Assembly (NCBI GenBank): GCA_011170285.1
Contig: DUEE01000014.1
Coordinates: forward strand, 42,024-106,023
Reading direction: 5' to 3'
DNA length: 64,000 nucleotides
From: Dehalococcoidia bacterium
Lineage (GTDB): Bacteria > Chloroflexota > Dehalococcoidia > Dehalococcoidales > W498
In this document: positions 1-10,207 of the stretch, piece by piece
Layout of the letters: every line of letters begins with the position of its first letter
Position numbering within the stretch: the stretch's first letter is position 1
Program-made: the position numbers and the translations under genes
The notes under the pieces: generated by a model
Told to the model about the DNA's origin: nothing
What the model saw: only the letters and a program-made list of their open reading frames with translations
The model's database searches: none

Positions 1-35
1 ACCACCTCGGCTGTCTGTTAATGTTCTATGTTCGC

Positions 36-64
36 TTGCACCTAAAGGGGCTAGAGCCTATAAT
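36..64 (+). promoter_or_regulatory. sigma70-type promoter of radical SAM gene
   Basis: TTGCAC(36-41)-N17-TATAAT(59-64), then GGAGG and TTG start at 86. Confidence 0.7.
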
Positions 65-85
65 GGACAGTCTGGAGGCAACAAA

Positions 86-1930
86 TTGACCTACTCCGAC
101 AATATACTATATCAGGTTACTAAGCCCGCCCGCTATACAGGTGGCGAGTTGAATAGTACAGTAAAGGATTGGGACAAAACCTACATCAAGATTGCCCTCG
201 CTTATCCTGATTTATACGAAATAGGTATGTCTAATATAGCTTTGCCTATCCTTTATGAGCTACTCAATAGCCAGTCAGACGTTCTTGCCGAAAGGGTCTA
301 TGCCCCCTGGACAGATATGGCAACGATATTGCAAACCAAGAGTATCCCTCTGTTCAGTCTCGAATCTAAACACCCACTAAAAGATTTTAATATTATTGGT
401 TTCTCCTTGGGCTACGAACTGGCCTACACCAATGTATTGAACATGCTTCACCTGGCTCAAATACCAGTCCTAGCCCGGGAAAGAAGTGATTACCATCCGC
501 TAATAGTAGCTGGCGGTAGTTGCGCTCTCAATCCGGAGCCTATGGCTGACTTTATTGACCTTTTTGTAATGGGGGATGGTGAAGAGGTATTACTTGAGCT
601 AGTTGATAGCTTCCGACATTGGAAAGAAAGAGGCAGAGGAGTCACCAAGAAAGAGTTGCTGTGCCAAGTGGCTACCATCCCTGGCATTTATGTGCCTAGC
701 CTGTATCAAGTAGAATACCGAGCTGATGGTCTAGTTAAGAGCATCACACCCACTGAACCACAGGCTAAAGCCATTATTCAGCGACGGATAGTGACCAAGC
801 TCCCTCTCCCGGTAACTAAACCAGTAGTCCCTTATATAGAGGTAGTGCATGACCGAGGGGCAATAGAGATTCAGCGGGGTTGTAGCCATGGTTGCCGTTT
901 CTGCCAGGCTGGGATGATTTATCGCCCAGTACGTGAACGTCCACTAGGGGAGGTATTACAAGCAGTTGGAGAGCTTATCACCAACTGCGGCTATAATGAA
1001 GTGTCTCTGGTGTCCCTAATCACCAGTGACTACCCCGGCATTGATGAACTAATGACCAGCCTATCCCTAAGTCACCATAACCTTGTCCTATCGCTACCCA
1101 GCCTTCGTATGGATAGTTTTTCAGACAGGTTGAAAACCTCTCTTCCCACCCAAAAGAGGACGCGACTCACCTTCGCTCCTGAGGTAGGAAGTGACAGATT
1201 ACGACGAATAATTAATAAGAATATCCCTGAAGATGAAATCCTAAAAACTGCAGCCGCTGTCTTTGATAGCGGCTGGACAAGCCTCAAGCTATACTTTATG
1301 CTTGGCTTACCCACCGAAACCACTGATGATATAGAGGGCATAATCCAACTAGTAACTAGAATTCGCTCACTGAGCAGGAAGGCTGAGAAAAGACCTCAGA
1401 TAAAAATTAGCCTATCAACCTTTGTGCCCAAGCCACATACACCCTTCCAGTGGGTAGCCCAGGAAAGTGAGCCGCAGCTAAAGGCTAAGCATGAACTGTT
1501 AAAGCTAGGATTACACCAAAAAGGGATCAGGTTATCGTGGCAAGAGCCTAAGGTCAGCCTACTTGAAGCAGTATTATCACGAGGGGATAGGCGATTAGGT
1601 AAGGTTATCTATCATGCCTGGCAACTAGGCAGCACTTTTGATGCCTGGGGTGAGCACTTTAATTATGAAAATTGGCTTCGCGCCTTTGATGAGACAGGGC
1701 TTCAGCCCAGCTTCTATGCCCAGCGGGAGCGTGCCTTGGACGAACTCCTACCCTGGGCTCACATCGATGTGGGAGTAACTACAGCTTTCCTAAAGCAAGA
1801 ATATCAACGTGCCATGGAAGGTAAGGAAACCCCTAACTGCCATTACCAAGCTTGTAATACCTGTGGACTAGAGCGCTGGCACCCCCAGTGCCAGCAAAAA
1901 TGTCAGGGGCTCAGTCAAAGCAAGCGATAG
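86..1930 (+). CDS. B12-binding-domain radical SAM protein (TIGR03960-like)
   Basis: [10 protein letters not shown]-terminus, [11 protein letters not shown], CxxxCxxC (CSHGCRFC), C-terminal CxxCG; 3' end overlaps gyrA convergently by 20 nt. Confidence 0.85.
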   Translation: MTYSDNILYQVTKPARYTGGELNSTVKDWDKTYIKIALAYPDLYEIGMSNIALPILYELLNSQSDVLAERVYAPWTDMATILQTKSIPLFSLESKHPLKDFNIIGFSLGYELAYTNVLNMLHLAQIPVLARERSDYHPLIVAGGSCALNPEPMADFIDLFVMGDGEEVLLELVDSFRHWKERGRGVTKKELLCQVATIPGIYVPSLYQVEYRADGLVKSITPTEPQAKAIIQRRIVTKLPLPVTKPVVPYIEVVHDRGAIEIQRGCSHGCRFCQAGMIYRPVRERPLGEVLQAVGELITNCGYNEVSLVSLITSDYPGIDELMTSLSLSHHNLVLSLPSLRMDSFSDRLKTSLPTQKRTRLTFAPEVGSDRLRRIINKNIPEDEILKTAAAVFDSGWTSLKLYFMLGLPTETTDDIEGIIQLVTRIRSLSRKAEKRPQIKISLSTFVPKPHTPFQWVAQESEPQLKAKHELLKLGLHQKGIRLSWQEPKVSLLEAVLSRGDRRLGKVIYHAWQLGSTFDAWGEHFNYENWLRAFDETGLQPSFYAQRERALDELLPWAHIDVGVTTAFLKQEYQRAMEGKETPNCHYQACNTCGLERWHPQCQQKCQGLSQSKR

Positions 1931-4349
1931 CCACTACCTTGTCACCTCGTTTAAGCCTCATCAGCCGCACCCCCTGGGTGCTCCTGCCCTGGATGGTAAT
2001 ACCCTGTCTCGGGTCTTTCTCCTTAACCGGGGTGTGGATGACAATCCCATCAGCCGATATAATCATTAACTCTTGAGACAGGGACACTAGTTTGGCAGCA
2101 GCCAAGTCTCCTGTTTTATCAATCAGGTTGAAAGTCCTGACCCCGACACCGGCGCGGTGCTGCCGGGGATAATAGCCAACCGGAGTAAGCTTACCGAACC
2201 CGCCAGTAGTAACTACTAAAAGGAAAGCATCGGGAAAGACGACTTCCAGATTAACCACCTGGTCATCAGGTGTAAGGCGGATACCACACACCCCGCCGCT
2301 GGTTCTGGAAGTAGCTCTTAACTCGGAAACAGCAAACCTAATTGCCTGCCCTTTTTGAGTTACTAACATGACATCGTCCTGGTCAGTAGCTAAACGTGCT
2401 GCCACCAGCTCGTCTCCTTGTTCTAAATCTATGGAAATAAGTCCGCTACTCCGTACTGCAGTAAAGCTGTCTATTGCCGTCTTTTTTATCTCGCCACAGC
2501 GTGTAGCCATCAGTAGATAGGCACCTGGCTTAAAATCAGCCAGGGCTATCATAGCCGTAACCATCTCCCCATCAGCAACAGGGAAGAGATTAACCACCGC
2601 TGTTCCTTTAGCCGTGCGGGAGCTATCAGGTGGGATTTCATAGCACCTAAGACAAAAAACCTTGCCCCGGTTGGTGAAGAATAGCAGGTTATCATGGGTA
2701 TCAACCACTGCCATAAGCCTTACCGCGTCTTCTTCCCTAGTTATCATGCCGATGATACCCCTACCACCACGATGTTGTGGCGTGTAAGCACGAGATGGTA
2801 CCCTCTTGATAAATCCCCTGTCACTGAGGGTCACCGCCACTCTTTGATGGGGGACAAGATCTTCTTCCCGAAACTCCGCCAGCTCCTCCTCACTTATCTG
2901 GGTCCGCCGTGGGTCGCCATATTTAGACTTCAATTCCTCTACTTCTCCCTTTATCAGGAGCAGTATTCTTCCGGGGTTAGCCAGAAGCTCTTCCAGATAG
3001 GCAACCTTTTTAACTACCTCGGTATACTCATCAACTATTCGGCGCTGTTCCAGATTAGCCAAGCGGCGTAACTGCATATCGAGAATGGCTTGTGACTGAG
3101 CCTGGGATAAGCCAAAACCAGTCATAAGGTTCTGGCGAGCTATCTCGGCAGTTTCCGATTTTCGGATAGTAGCAATCACCCTATCCATATGGTCTAAGGC
3201 AATTCGAAGCCCTTCTAAGATATGAGCCCTGGTCTTAGCTGCTTTCAGCTCAAACCGAGAGCGCCGAGTGATAACCTCACTGCGGAAATCTATATAATAC
3301 TGAAGCGCCTCTTTAAGGCTGATTACCCGCGGCTGTCCATCAACTAAAGCCAGCATATTCACGAAGAAGGCTGACTGCATCGAGGTATATCTATACAGGC
3401 TGTTCAAGATCTGCTGGGGTTGAGCTTCCCTCCTTAGCTCAATGACAATACGCATACCCTGGCGGTCTGACTCATCGCGCAGTTCACTGATGCCCCCAAT
3501 TTTCTTATCCTTAACCAACCCAGCTATTCTCTCCACAAGGGCTGCCTTATTCGTCTGATAAGGAAGCTCAGTAACCACTATCTGACGACGTCCAGTCCCC
3601 AGAATGTCTCCAAGATGAGCCTTAGCTCGAACTACTACCTTACCGTGCCCGGTAGCATAGGCACTCTTAATCCCCTCCTGTCCCAGGATGATGCCAGCGG
3701 TAGGAAAATCGGGTCCCTTAATAAATTGGGTAAGGTCATCAATCGCGGCTTCAGGATTATCGATAAGATAAGAGATGGCATCACACACCTCGCCTAGATT
3801 ATGAGGGGGAATATTAGTAGCCATCCCCACTGCAATTCCAGCACCGCCATTAACTAGTAAATTAGGTAAGCGGGTAGGTAGAACCAAAGGTTCCTTAAGG
3901 CTATCATCAAAGTTGGACACAAAGTCCACGGTATCCTTATCAATGTCAACCAGCATCTGTTCTGAAACGGAAGCTAGGCGTGCCTCTGTATAACGCATGG
4001 CTGCTGGGGGATCATTATCCATACTACCAAAATTGCCCTGCCCATCAACTAAAACATATCGCATAGAGAAATCCTGTGCCATGCGCACCATCGCCTCATA
4101 AACCGAGGCATCGCCATGGGGATGATATTTACCCAACACCTCGCCAACAATACGAGCGCTCTTCTTATGGGGACTGGTACTATTTAACCCCAGCCCATCC
4201 ATAGCATAAAGGATACGACGGTGTACCGGCTTTAATCCATCCCGGACATCAGGTAAGGCACGGGAAACGATGACACTCATCGCGTAGTCCAGATAGGAGC
4301 TTCTCATCTCATCTTCTATGTTTACTGATTTTACATTTCCCAAAACCAT
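1911..4349 (-). CDS. gyrA: DNA gyrase subunit A
   Basis: [22 protein letters not shown], catalytic AAMRYTE, GyrA-box QHRGGRG, pinwheel repeats. Confidence 0.97.
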   Translation of the reverse strand: MVLGNVKSVNIEDEMRSSYLDYAMSVIVSRALPDVRDGLKPVHRRILYAMDGLGLNSTSPHKKSARIVGEVLGKYHPHGDASVYEAMVRMAQDFSMRYVLVDGQGNFGSMDNDPPAAMRYTEARLASVSEQMLVDIDKDTVDFVSNFDDSLKEPLVLPTRLPNLLVNGGAGIAVGMATNIPPHNLGEVCDAISYLIDNPEAAIDDLTQFIKGPDFPTAGIILGQEGIKSAYATGHGKVVVRAKAHLGDILGTGRRQIVVTELPYQTNKAALVERIAGLVKDKKIGGISELRDESDRQGMRIVIELRREAQPQQILNSLYRYTSMQSAFFVNMLALVDGQPRVISLKEALQYYIDFRSEVITRRSRFELKAAKTRAHILEGLRIALDHMDRVIATIRKSETAEIARQNLMTGFGLSQAQSQAILDMQLRRLANLEQRRIVDEYTEVVKKVAYLEELLANPGRILLLIKGEVEELKSKYGDPRRTQISEEELAEFREEDLVPHQRVAVTLSDRGFIKRVPSRAYTPQHRGGRGIIGMITREEDAVRLMAVVDTHDNLLFFTNRGKVFCLRCYEIPPDSSRTAKGTAVVNLFPVADGEMVTAMIALADFKPGAYLLMATRCGEIKKTAIDSFTAVRSSGLISIDLEQGDELVAARLATDQDDVMLVTQKGQAIRFAVSELRATSRTSGGVCGIRLTPDDQVVNLEVVFPDAFLLVVTTGGFGKLTPVGYYPRQHRAGVGVRTFNLIDKTGDLAAAKLVSLSQELMIISADGIVIHTPVKEKDPRQGITIQGRSTQGVRLMRLKRGDKVVAIACFD

Positions 4350-4364
4350 ATTTTATTGAACCCC

Positions 4365-5177
4365 CTACTCCTCATTATCTGCCTTATCATCAATGTCAAG
4401 AAACTCCTCAGGCAATAATTCTGAGTCTCCCTCACCTATGATGGTATAGCCTGGCTCTTCCACTAGCTCCTGCTCATACTCTATCTCACGCCTAAATATC
4501 ATATCGCCAATATAAGACCGAAGACCCTCCAAATGCTTTGAGGGGAAGGAAAGTTGTCCTGCTTGACTGGGAGCCTGATATACCTCTCTGATAATGATAG
4601 TCACTCTGTCTTCGGCTGAGATGATAATAGCCGATGTGTACTCATTGCCCCCTTGCATTAATTTAATAAGTCGCTGCCCATGCTTGGGCTCAACTTGCCC
4701 TAAATAGTCCCCACGCCCATTTTCCACTATTAAACTAGCCCCGTCTATCCTCAAATTTACTTTATCACCAGCGATCGTTCCAATCAGGATCTCCCGTGGT
4801 GCCAGATAACAGAGATTAACTACCCCTGCCTTGCCTATCTCCTCAATAAAATGCTGGGGTTCAGCTTTAGAATCACCCTGTGAATTGGTCACAGCCTCCC
4901 CTAAATGGTCTAAACGGCGAAGGTTCTTTCCGGCAATGGTATTATAAGGGTCAAGTTGTGTAGCTCGGCTATAAGCTTCTCTCGCCTGGGAATACTCCCC
5001 CAGCTCCATATAGGCTCTACCCAACCGATTATAGGCATCAACATCATTAGGGAAGCTCTCTATTATATCCTTATTGACCACTACCGCCTCCCGCCACTGA
5101 CCCTGCAAGGCTAAGGCTATTGCCTGTTTACTGCGCTGCCGTCTTAGTCTTACCTGCTCCTCTTCATGATATGTCAT
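4365..5177 (-). CDS. TPR protein with C-terminal beta (HIRAN-like) domain and acidic tail
   Basis: TPR pattern DAYNRLGRAYMELGEYSQAREAYSRATQLDP; beta-rich LIVENGRGDYLGQV; D/E-rich C-terminus. Confidence 0.7.
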   Translation of the reverse strand: MTYHEEEQVRLRRQRSKQAIALALQGQWREAVVVNKDIIESFPNDVDAYNRLGRAYMELGEYSQAREAYSRATQLDPYNTIAGKNLRRLDHLGEAVTNSQGDSKAEPQHFIEEIGKAGVVNLCYLAPREILIGTIAGDKVNLRIDGASLIVENGRGDYLGQVEPKHGQRLIKLMQGGNEYTSAIIISAEDRVTIIIREVYQAPSQAGQLSFPSKHLEGLRSYIGDMIFRREIEYEQELVEEPGYTIIGEGDSELLPEEFLDIDDKADNEE

Positions 5178-5195
5178 CTTCTATCCCCTGCCAGT

Positions 5196-6416
5196 CTATT
5201 CGGCTATTTCCAACTCAAAGGCTCGATGTAAGGCACGAACTGCACCCTCAACCCTAGCCTCATCAATGATACAGGTTATCCTTATCTCCGAGGTAGTAAT
5301 TAGCTGGATATTAATGCCCTGTTCACTGAGTGCCCAAAACATCCTGGCTGCATAGCCAGGGACATTCTGCATCCCGGTGCCGATAATACTAATCTTGCCC
5401 AACTTGGAATCACTGGCGCACTCCCTGGCTCCAATAGACTCGGCTATAGGTTTTACTACCTCCATTGCCCTCGCCAACTGGCTTTCGGCCACAGTAAAGG
5501 TTAAATCAGTAATATTATTAATACTGGCGTTCTGAACAATGGTATCTATACTAATATCTGCCTGGGATAGAGGCTGAAAGATAGCCACAGCAATACCGGG
5601 ATGGTCAGGAATACCAACCACAGTTATCTTAGCTACATCAAAATCGTGAGCTATACTCCTCACCTTGTTTCGCACTTCCATAGATACCCCTCCATGAATT
5701 AATGTACCTGAGCTACCAGTGAAGCTGGAGGCTACTAAAATAGGTATATTAAATAGTTCCCCCAGCTCAACCGCCCGGGGGTGTACTACCTTAGCTCCAT
5801 AGCTTGCTAGCTCCAGCATCTCCTCATAGCCAATCTCAGATAGCGTTTGAGCTTCAGGGATAAGGCTGGGGTCAGCAGTATAGACACCGTCAACATCAGT
5901 GTATATCTGGCATATCTCTGCCCCCAGGCTAGCCGCCAGAGCCACTGCCGTGGTATCAGAGCCACCCCGCCCCAGGGTAGTTACATCCATCTCCTCAGTA
6001 ATGCCCTGAAAGCCAGCCACAATGACAATATTCCCCTTCTCCAGCTCCCTGACCACCCTTTGGGATTCAATTCTCTGAATCCGAGCCCGGCTGTAAGTGG
6101 AATCAGTCCTAATTCCCGCCTGGGCACCAGTAAGGCTAATTGCCCCATAACCCATACCATGAAGGGCCATCGCCAGCAGGGTACTAGAAACAATCTCACC
6201 AGTGGACAATAGACGGTCAAGCTCCCTCATATCAGGCTGCCTAGAAAGCTGACGAGCCAGATTAATTAGCTTATCGGTAGTATCCCCCATAGCTGAGACT
6301 ACAACCACCACCTGGTCTCCCTTATCCCTGGTGGCGGCTATGCGCTGAGCTACAGTCCTTATCCTCTCAGCATCCGCCACCGACGAACCCCCATATTTTT
6401 GAACAATTAACGCCAT
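5196..6416 (-). CDS. lysC: aspartate kinase (alpha chain, with probable in-frame beta chain from 5681)
   Basis: VQKYGGSSV, TTLGRGGSDTTA, DVDGVYTADP, two ACT domains, TSEIRIT. Confidence 0.95.
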   Translation of the reverse strand: MALIVQKYGGSSVADAERIRTVAQRIAATRDKGDQVVVVVSAMGDTTDKLINLARQLSRQPDMRELDRLLSTGEIVSSTLLAMALHGMGYGAISLTGAQAGIRTDSTYSRARIQRIESQRVVRELEKGNIVIVAGFQGITEEMDVTTLGRGGSDTTAVALAASLGAEICQIYTDVDGVYTADPSLIPEAQTLSEIGYEEMLELASYGAKVVHPRAVELGELFNIPILVASSFTGSSGTLIHGGVSMEVRNKVRSIAHDFDVAKITVVGIPDHPGIAVAIFQPLSQADISIDTIVQNASINNITDLTFTVAESQLARAMEVVKPIAESIGARECASDSKLGKISIIGTGMQNVPGYAARMFWALSEQGINIQLITTSEIRITCIIDEARVEGAVRALHRAFELEIAE

Positions 6417-6418
6417 AT

Positions 6419-7606
6419 CTAATCTTCTACCAGCCGGCCCATAATATTACACCCTTGTTCAATTAACAAGCCCGTGGTTTTTGCCTCGGCTTCGGTGAAT
6501 CTCTTAGCTCCGTTAGTGGTAAATCCAACCCCCCACAGCAGAAAAGGAATCGGCTCATCGGTATGGGTCTGAATCTTAATTGGTGTTGGGTGGTCGGGCA
6601 TAATTAGCATCCGAAGATTGTTAGTGCGCCAATTACGGAGTCGGCTTAAAACTTCTCTGTCCACCCTCTGGATAGCCTCTATTTTATCATCAATGGCGCC
6701 GGCATGACCAGCCTCATCCGGCGCCTCAATGTGGATTACTACCAAATCATGCTCCTCAAGGGCTTTTATGGCTCCGATAGCCTGAGCGGAATAATCATTG
6801 TCTTGCCCATCAGTTACTCCGTGTATATCTAATATCTCCATCTCCGTCATTTGGGCTAAGCCACGGAGAAGGTCAACCCCAGAGGTCATAGCGGCATCAA
6901 CACCATAAATCTGCTTAAAGGGTGGCATATAAGGTACATTGCCAGTACCCCAGAAGAGCCAAATCATCGTTGCTGGAATATCACCGCCAGCCCGCCGCTC
7001 TACATTCACCGGATGGTCATAAAGCACAGCCTCCGAGCGTTTCATCAGGTCTAGTAACAGGTCGCTTCCCTGACCTTTAGGCATAAACTCATCAATAGGC
7101 TTACCTGGGATATCATGCGGAGGGGTGCAGGTAGCCAGCAGAGTATCTTCTCGTCCGCTTATCTTACATATATGTCGGTAGCTGACGCCGGGATAAAAGT
7201 GAACTTGCACACTACCAAGATTCTCCTCCAGAGCCAAAATAAGCTGCTGAGCCTCGCTGGTGCTAATATGCCCCGAGCTGTAATCCCACATTTTGCCATC
7301 CCGGACTGCCACCAGATTACACCGAAAAACAACATCGGCATCACCAATAGTAATACCCATGCTCTTAGCTTCAATGGTAGCCCGACCCCGGTAGTAGACC
7401 TTCGGGTCATAGCCCAGCACCGACATACAGGCGCAGGCACTACTGGGTTCCATCCCTGGCGGCACGGTGCGCGCCAGTCCCAGAACACCTTCTTGCGCCA
7501 TAGTATCCAGATTTGGAGTATAAGCCAGGTCCAAACAGGTTTTGCCACCACGCTCAGGCAACGCCCAGCCGGCAGCACCATCAATTATCACAATGCAGTA
7601 TTTCAT
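6419..7606 (-). CDS. ApgM-type cofactor-independent phosphoglycerate mutase family protein (proposed homoserine kinase subfamily)
   Basis: IIDGAAG, TPNLD, EPSS, GVSYRH, PPHDI, HIEAPDEAGH, PDHPTP, THT; start moved to MKYCIV at 7606. Confidence 0.85.
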   Translation of the reverse strand: MKYCIVIIDGAAGWALPERGGKTCLDLAYTPNLDTMAQEGVLGLARTVPPGMEPSSACACMSVLGYDPKVYYRGRATIEAKSMGITIGDADVVFRCNLVAVRDGKMWDYSSGHISTSEAQQLILALEENLGSVQVHFYPGVSYRHICKISGREDTLLATCTPPHDIPGKPIDEFMPKGQGSDLLLDLMKRSEAVLYDHPVNVERRAGGDIPATMIWLFWGTGNVPYMPPFKQIYGVDAAMTSGVDLLRGLAQMTEMEILDIHGVTDGQDNDYSAQAIGAIKALEEHDLVVIHIEAPDEAGHAGAIDDKIEAIQRVDREVLSRLRNWRTNNLRMLIMPDHPTPIKIQTHTDEPIPFLLWGVGFTTNGAKRFTEAEAKTTGLLIEQGCNIMGRLVED

Positions 7607-7743
7607 CAATATCCTACCTTTCATTTATGAGAATTTTTGAGACCCCTTAATCCCCTCTCCGAGTCTGCAACGACCTCTCCTTAATATACGACACTAACCC
7701 TCCGGTTTACAATTTAGGTTAAATCCACCTATAATATCACTAT

Positions 7744-7822
<79 letters not shown>

Positions 7823-7831
7823 GCATTAAAA

Positions 7832-9334
7832 TCACGAGAGCTGACCCTCTATTAATTTCAATTTGTCTACGACCTCAGTAGCTGAATCCGCAAACGCAGA
7901 TTTAGCTTTTTCAGTATTGCCTTTTATCCAAGTTTCTACCTCACCAAGTAAAGCTTTCTTCTTGTTTCTTTTTTCCTTTCTATCAGTGATCGATAAAATC
8001 TCTCCTGCCTTATCCTTAAACTCTTCTGGATAATAACTTTCAAAATCATGCTTGTCGAATTGCTGAAAATGGTCTTCTCCCCATCCGCTAACGCTATAGT
8101 TTACTCTCAGCTTCCGAACGATTTCTTTTTCCTTTGTACCATCGTCAACTATTACCCAAGCTTTGTTTTTATACGTCGGCTGGAGGTTAAGATAGCTAAA
8201 TAATGTATTAAAATCATCAAATTTCGACTCGACCTCATCAACTGACCTAGCCGAGAAAGTTCTTAGCTTTGCTTGAAGCGACGGGACGAACCACGGTATT
8301 AGATATTCGCGGATAATCTTTTCCGCCGATGATTCTTCCAGAAACAGCCAAGCTTCCCATAGATCTAAATCAATTAGTTCATAACCCAGGTGCGCCAATA
8401 AACTCTGTCTGGGTTCAGGGTCGTTCTCTATCTCTTCAATCTTCGACGTCGGTACCTTTTCCTTAAACTCCATATCTACCTTAAAGATTTTTGTCCCAGA
8501 TTCAGCTCCCAAAAACCTAGTAACTATATTTGAATGGGTAGTAATAATGAATTGGTTATCTCTTGACTTTTCCACCACAAGCTTTAGAAGCTCTTTCAAA
8601 GCTTTAGGGTGAATATCATTCTCTGGTTCTTCTATAACAAAGAGCTTATTGTCGGCTACGCACAAATCTACCAATAGACCCAATACACTCGCTACGCCTT
8701 CGCCCATATTGTCCAAGGTTATGTTCCTGAAGTTATCGACTATGTAACAGGCTTTTTTACCACTGGATGAGCTTGAGCAAGTAACCACAAAACCTAGTAT
8801 TCCCTTACAAGCATCTACATATGAACTGTTGGCTGGCATTCCTGGATTAGATAACCTATCAACTTTTGCATAGAGATTCTGTAAATTGCCTGTTACCGCT
8901 AATGCAAATTGGGCTCTAACATCTTCACTAAAACCAGCAACCTTCCTTTTCGAAAGGTATGGATAGATAAAATTCGCGGGTTCTTTAGACTCAATGGGCT
9001 TTATACTTATACCGCTCCCACCCTCTCTAATGGCTTCAAATGAACTGCTGGTCTTGGTTATACCAAGCTTTACCGTTAATTTCTCGGTTAATTGATCATA
9101 TTTGAAATACTCTTTAGCATCCTCCAGATGTATTTCTACATTGCTCTCATCTGCTCCTTGTCTAATATAGCTCGAGTTAAATTCAAACCCTCCTTGAACT
9201 AGCAGTGCCGTATAAGCAATTGTGGACTTGCCAGAATTGTTTGGACCTACTAGAACATTTATTCCTTTTGAGAGTTCTATAGTCTCATCTTCAAAACTTC
9301 TTATATTTTGCAGCCTAATTTTGGTTATCCACAT
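7832..9334 (-). CDS. OLD-family-like ATP-dependent nuclease (ABC ATPase + TOPRIM), putative defence protein
   Basis: Start MWITKIRLQNIRSF after GGAGG; Walker A GPNNSGKS, signature MGEG, Walker B/D-loop IEEPENDIHP, H-switch ITTHS; TOPRIM-like LFLEE...VIVDDG...DFESYY. Confidence 0.8.
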   Translation of the reverse strand: MWITKIRLQNIRSFEDETIELSKGINVLVGPNNSGKSTIAYTALLVQGGFEFNSSYIRQGADESNVEIHLEDAKEYFKYDQLTEKLTVKLGITKTSSSFEAIREGGSGISIKPIESKEPANFIYPYLSKRKVAGFSEDVRAQFALAVTGNLQNLYAKVDRLSNPGMPANSSYVDACKGILGFVVTCSSSSSGKKACYIVDNFRNITLDNMGEGVASVLGLLVDLCVADNKLFVIEEPENDIHPKALKELLKLVVEKSRDNQFIITTHSNIVTRFLGAESGTKIFKVDMEFKEKVPTSKIEEIENDPEPRQSLLAHLGYELIDLDLWEAWLFLEESSAEKIIREYLIPWFVPSLQAKLRTFSARSVDEVESKFDDFNTLFSYLNLQPTYKNKAWVIVDDGTKEKEIVRKLRVNYSVSGWGEDHFQQFDKHDFESYYPEEFKDKAGEILSITDRKEKRNKKKALLGEVETWIKGNTEKAKSAFADSATEVVDKLKLIEGQLS

Positions 9335-9371
9335 AGATATTACCTCCCTCCAGTCGTCCACCCTTTTGCAG

Positions 9372-10151
9372 CTATTCCACTTCCTTCTTCGCCTCTTCCC
9401 AGAGGGCATTTTGTTCATCAAAGGATATCTCGCTTAAACTTACCCCTCGCTGGCGGCACATCTCCTCCATATAAGCGAAGCGGCAGTAAAACCGCTGGTT
9501 TGCCTGCCTCAATGCCGCCTCTAAATCCACTTCCAGCCGACGGGCGATATTAACCAGAGTAAACAGCAAATCACCAAACTCCCATTCTCTCTCCTCTTGA
9601 CTATCAGCTTGCTTAAATTCCCCAACCTCCTCCACCAACTTATCTATAATGCCATCAACATCTTTCCAATCAAAACCAACCCAGGCTGCTCGCTGCTGAA
9701 GCTCCCGACTATAACTTAAAGCCGGCATTTGCTTAGGCACACTGGCTAGAATAGACGTACCGGGCGGTCTCTCCTTCTGTTTGAGAACCTCCCAGTTATG
9801 AGCTACCTCATCAGCATTCTTGACCTTCAATGAGCTAAAGACATGAGGGTGACGATGAATTAGCTTGGCGTTAATATTACCCACTACATCCTCCAGCTTG
9901 AATTCCCCGGCTTCAGTGGCAATCTGAGCATGGAGAACAACCTGCATCAGCAAGTCACCTAATTCATCGTAAAGCTTCCTTGGGTCGCCGCTATCAAGAG
10001 CCTCCAATACTTCATAGCACTCCTCCAGCAGGTTTTCCCTGAGAGAAGCATGGGTCTGCTTCCTATCCCAGGGGCAACCGTCAGGTGCTCGCAGCTTGGC
10101 TATAATATCTACTAGTGTGGCAAACTGGTTCAGGTTCTGTGGTAAAGACAA
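9372..10151 (-). CDS. mazG: nucleoside triphosphate pyrophosphohydrolase MazG
   Basis: LRAPDGCPWDRKQT, EECYEV, ELGDLL, RHPHVF, second EFGDLLF domain; likely TTG start at 10151 after GAAGGGGG. Confidence 0.95.
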   Translation of the reverse strand: MSLPQNLNQFATLVDIIAKLRAPDGCPWDRKQTHASLRENLLEECYEVLEALDSGDPRKLYDELGDLLMQVVLHAQIATEAGEFKLEDVVGNINAKLIHRHPHVFSSLKVKNADEVAHNWEVLKQKERPPGTSILASVPKQMPALSYSRELQQRAAWVGFDWKDVDGIIDKLVEEVGEFKQADSQEEREWEFGDLLFTLVNIARRLEVDLEAALRQANQRFYCRFAYMEEMCRQRGVSLSEISFDEQNALWEEAKKEVE

Positions 10152-10178
10152 AGCAACCCCCTTCACTTGTTACCGTAG

Positions 10179-10207
10179 ATTATACAGGTTGGTCTTAAGT
10201 CAGGCAA
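10179..10207 (-). promoter_or_regulatory. sigma70 promoter of mazG (probably also driving the nuclease gene)
   Basis: TTGCCT-N17-TATAAT on the minus strand. Confidence 0.65.

Noticed and set aside
22-34. GTTC-N3-GTTC as an SOS box
   Set aside because: It does not fit the GAAC-N4-GTTC palindrome found at lexA; it is covered by the 12-mer finding instead.
9335-9421. N-terminal extension of the nuclease overlapping mazG
   Set aside because: GGAGG SD and the family-typical M-x-I-x-x-I start at 9334 fit better. Similar over-extended starts were trimmed for rpsL, fusA, rplW, rplP, secY and map.
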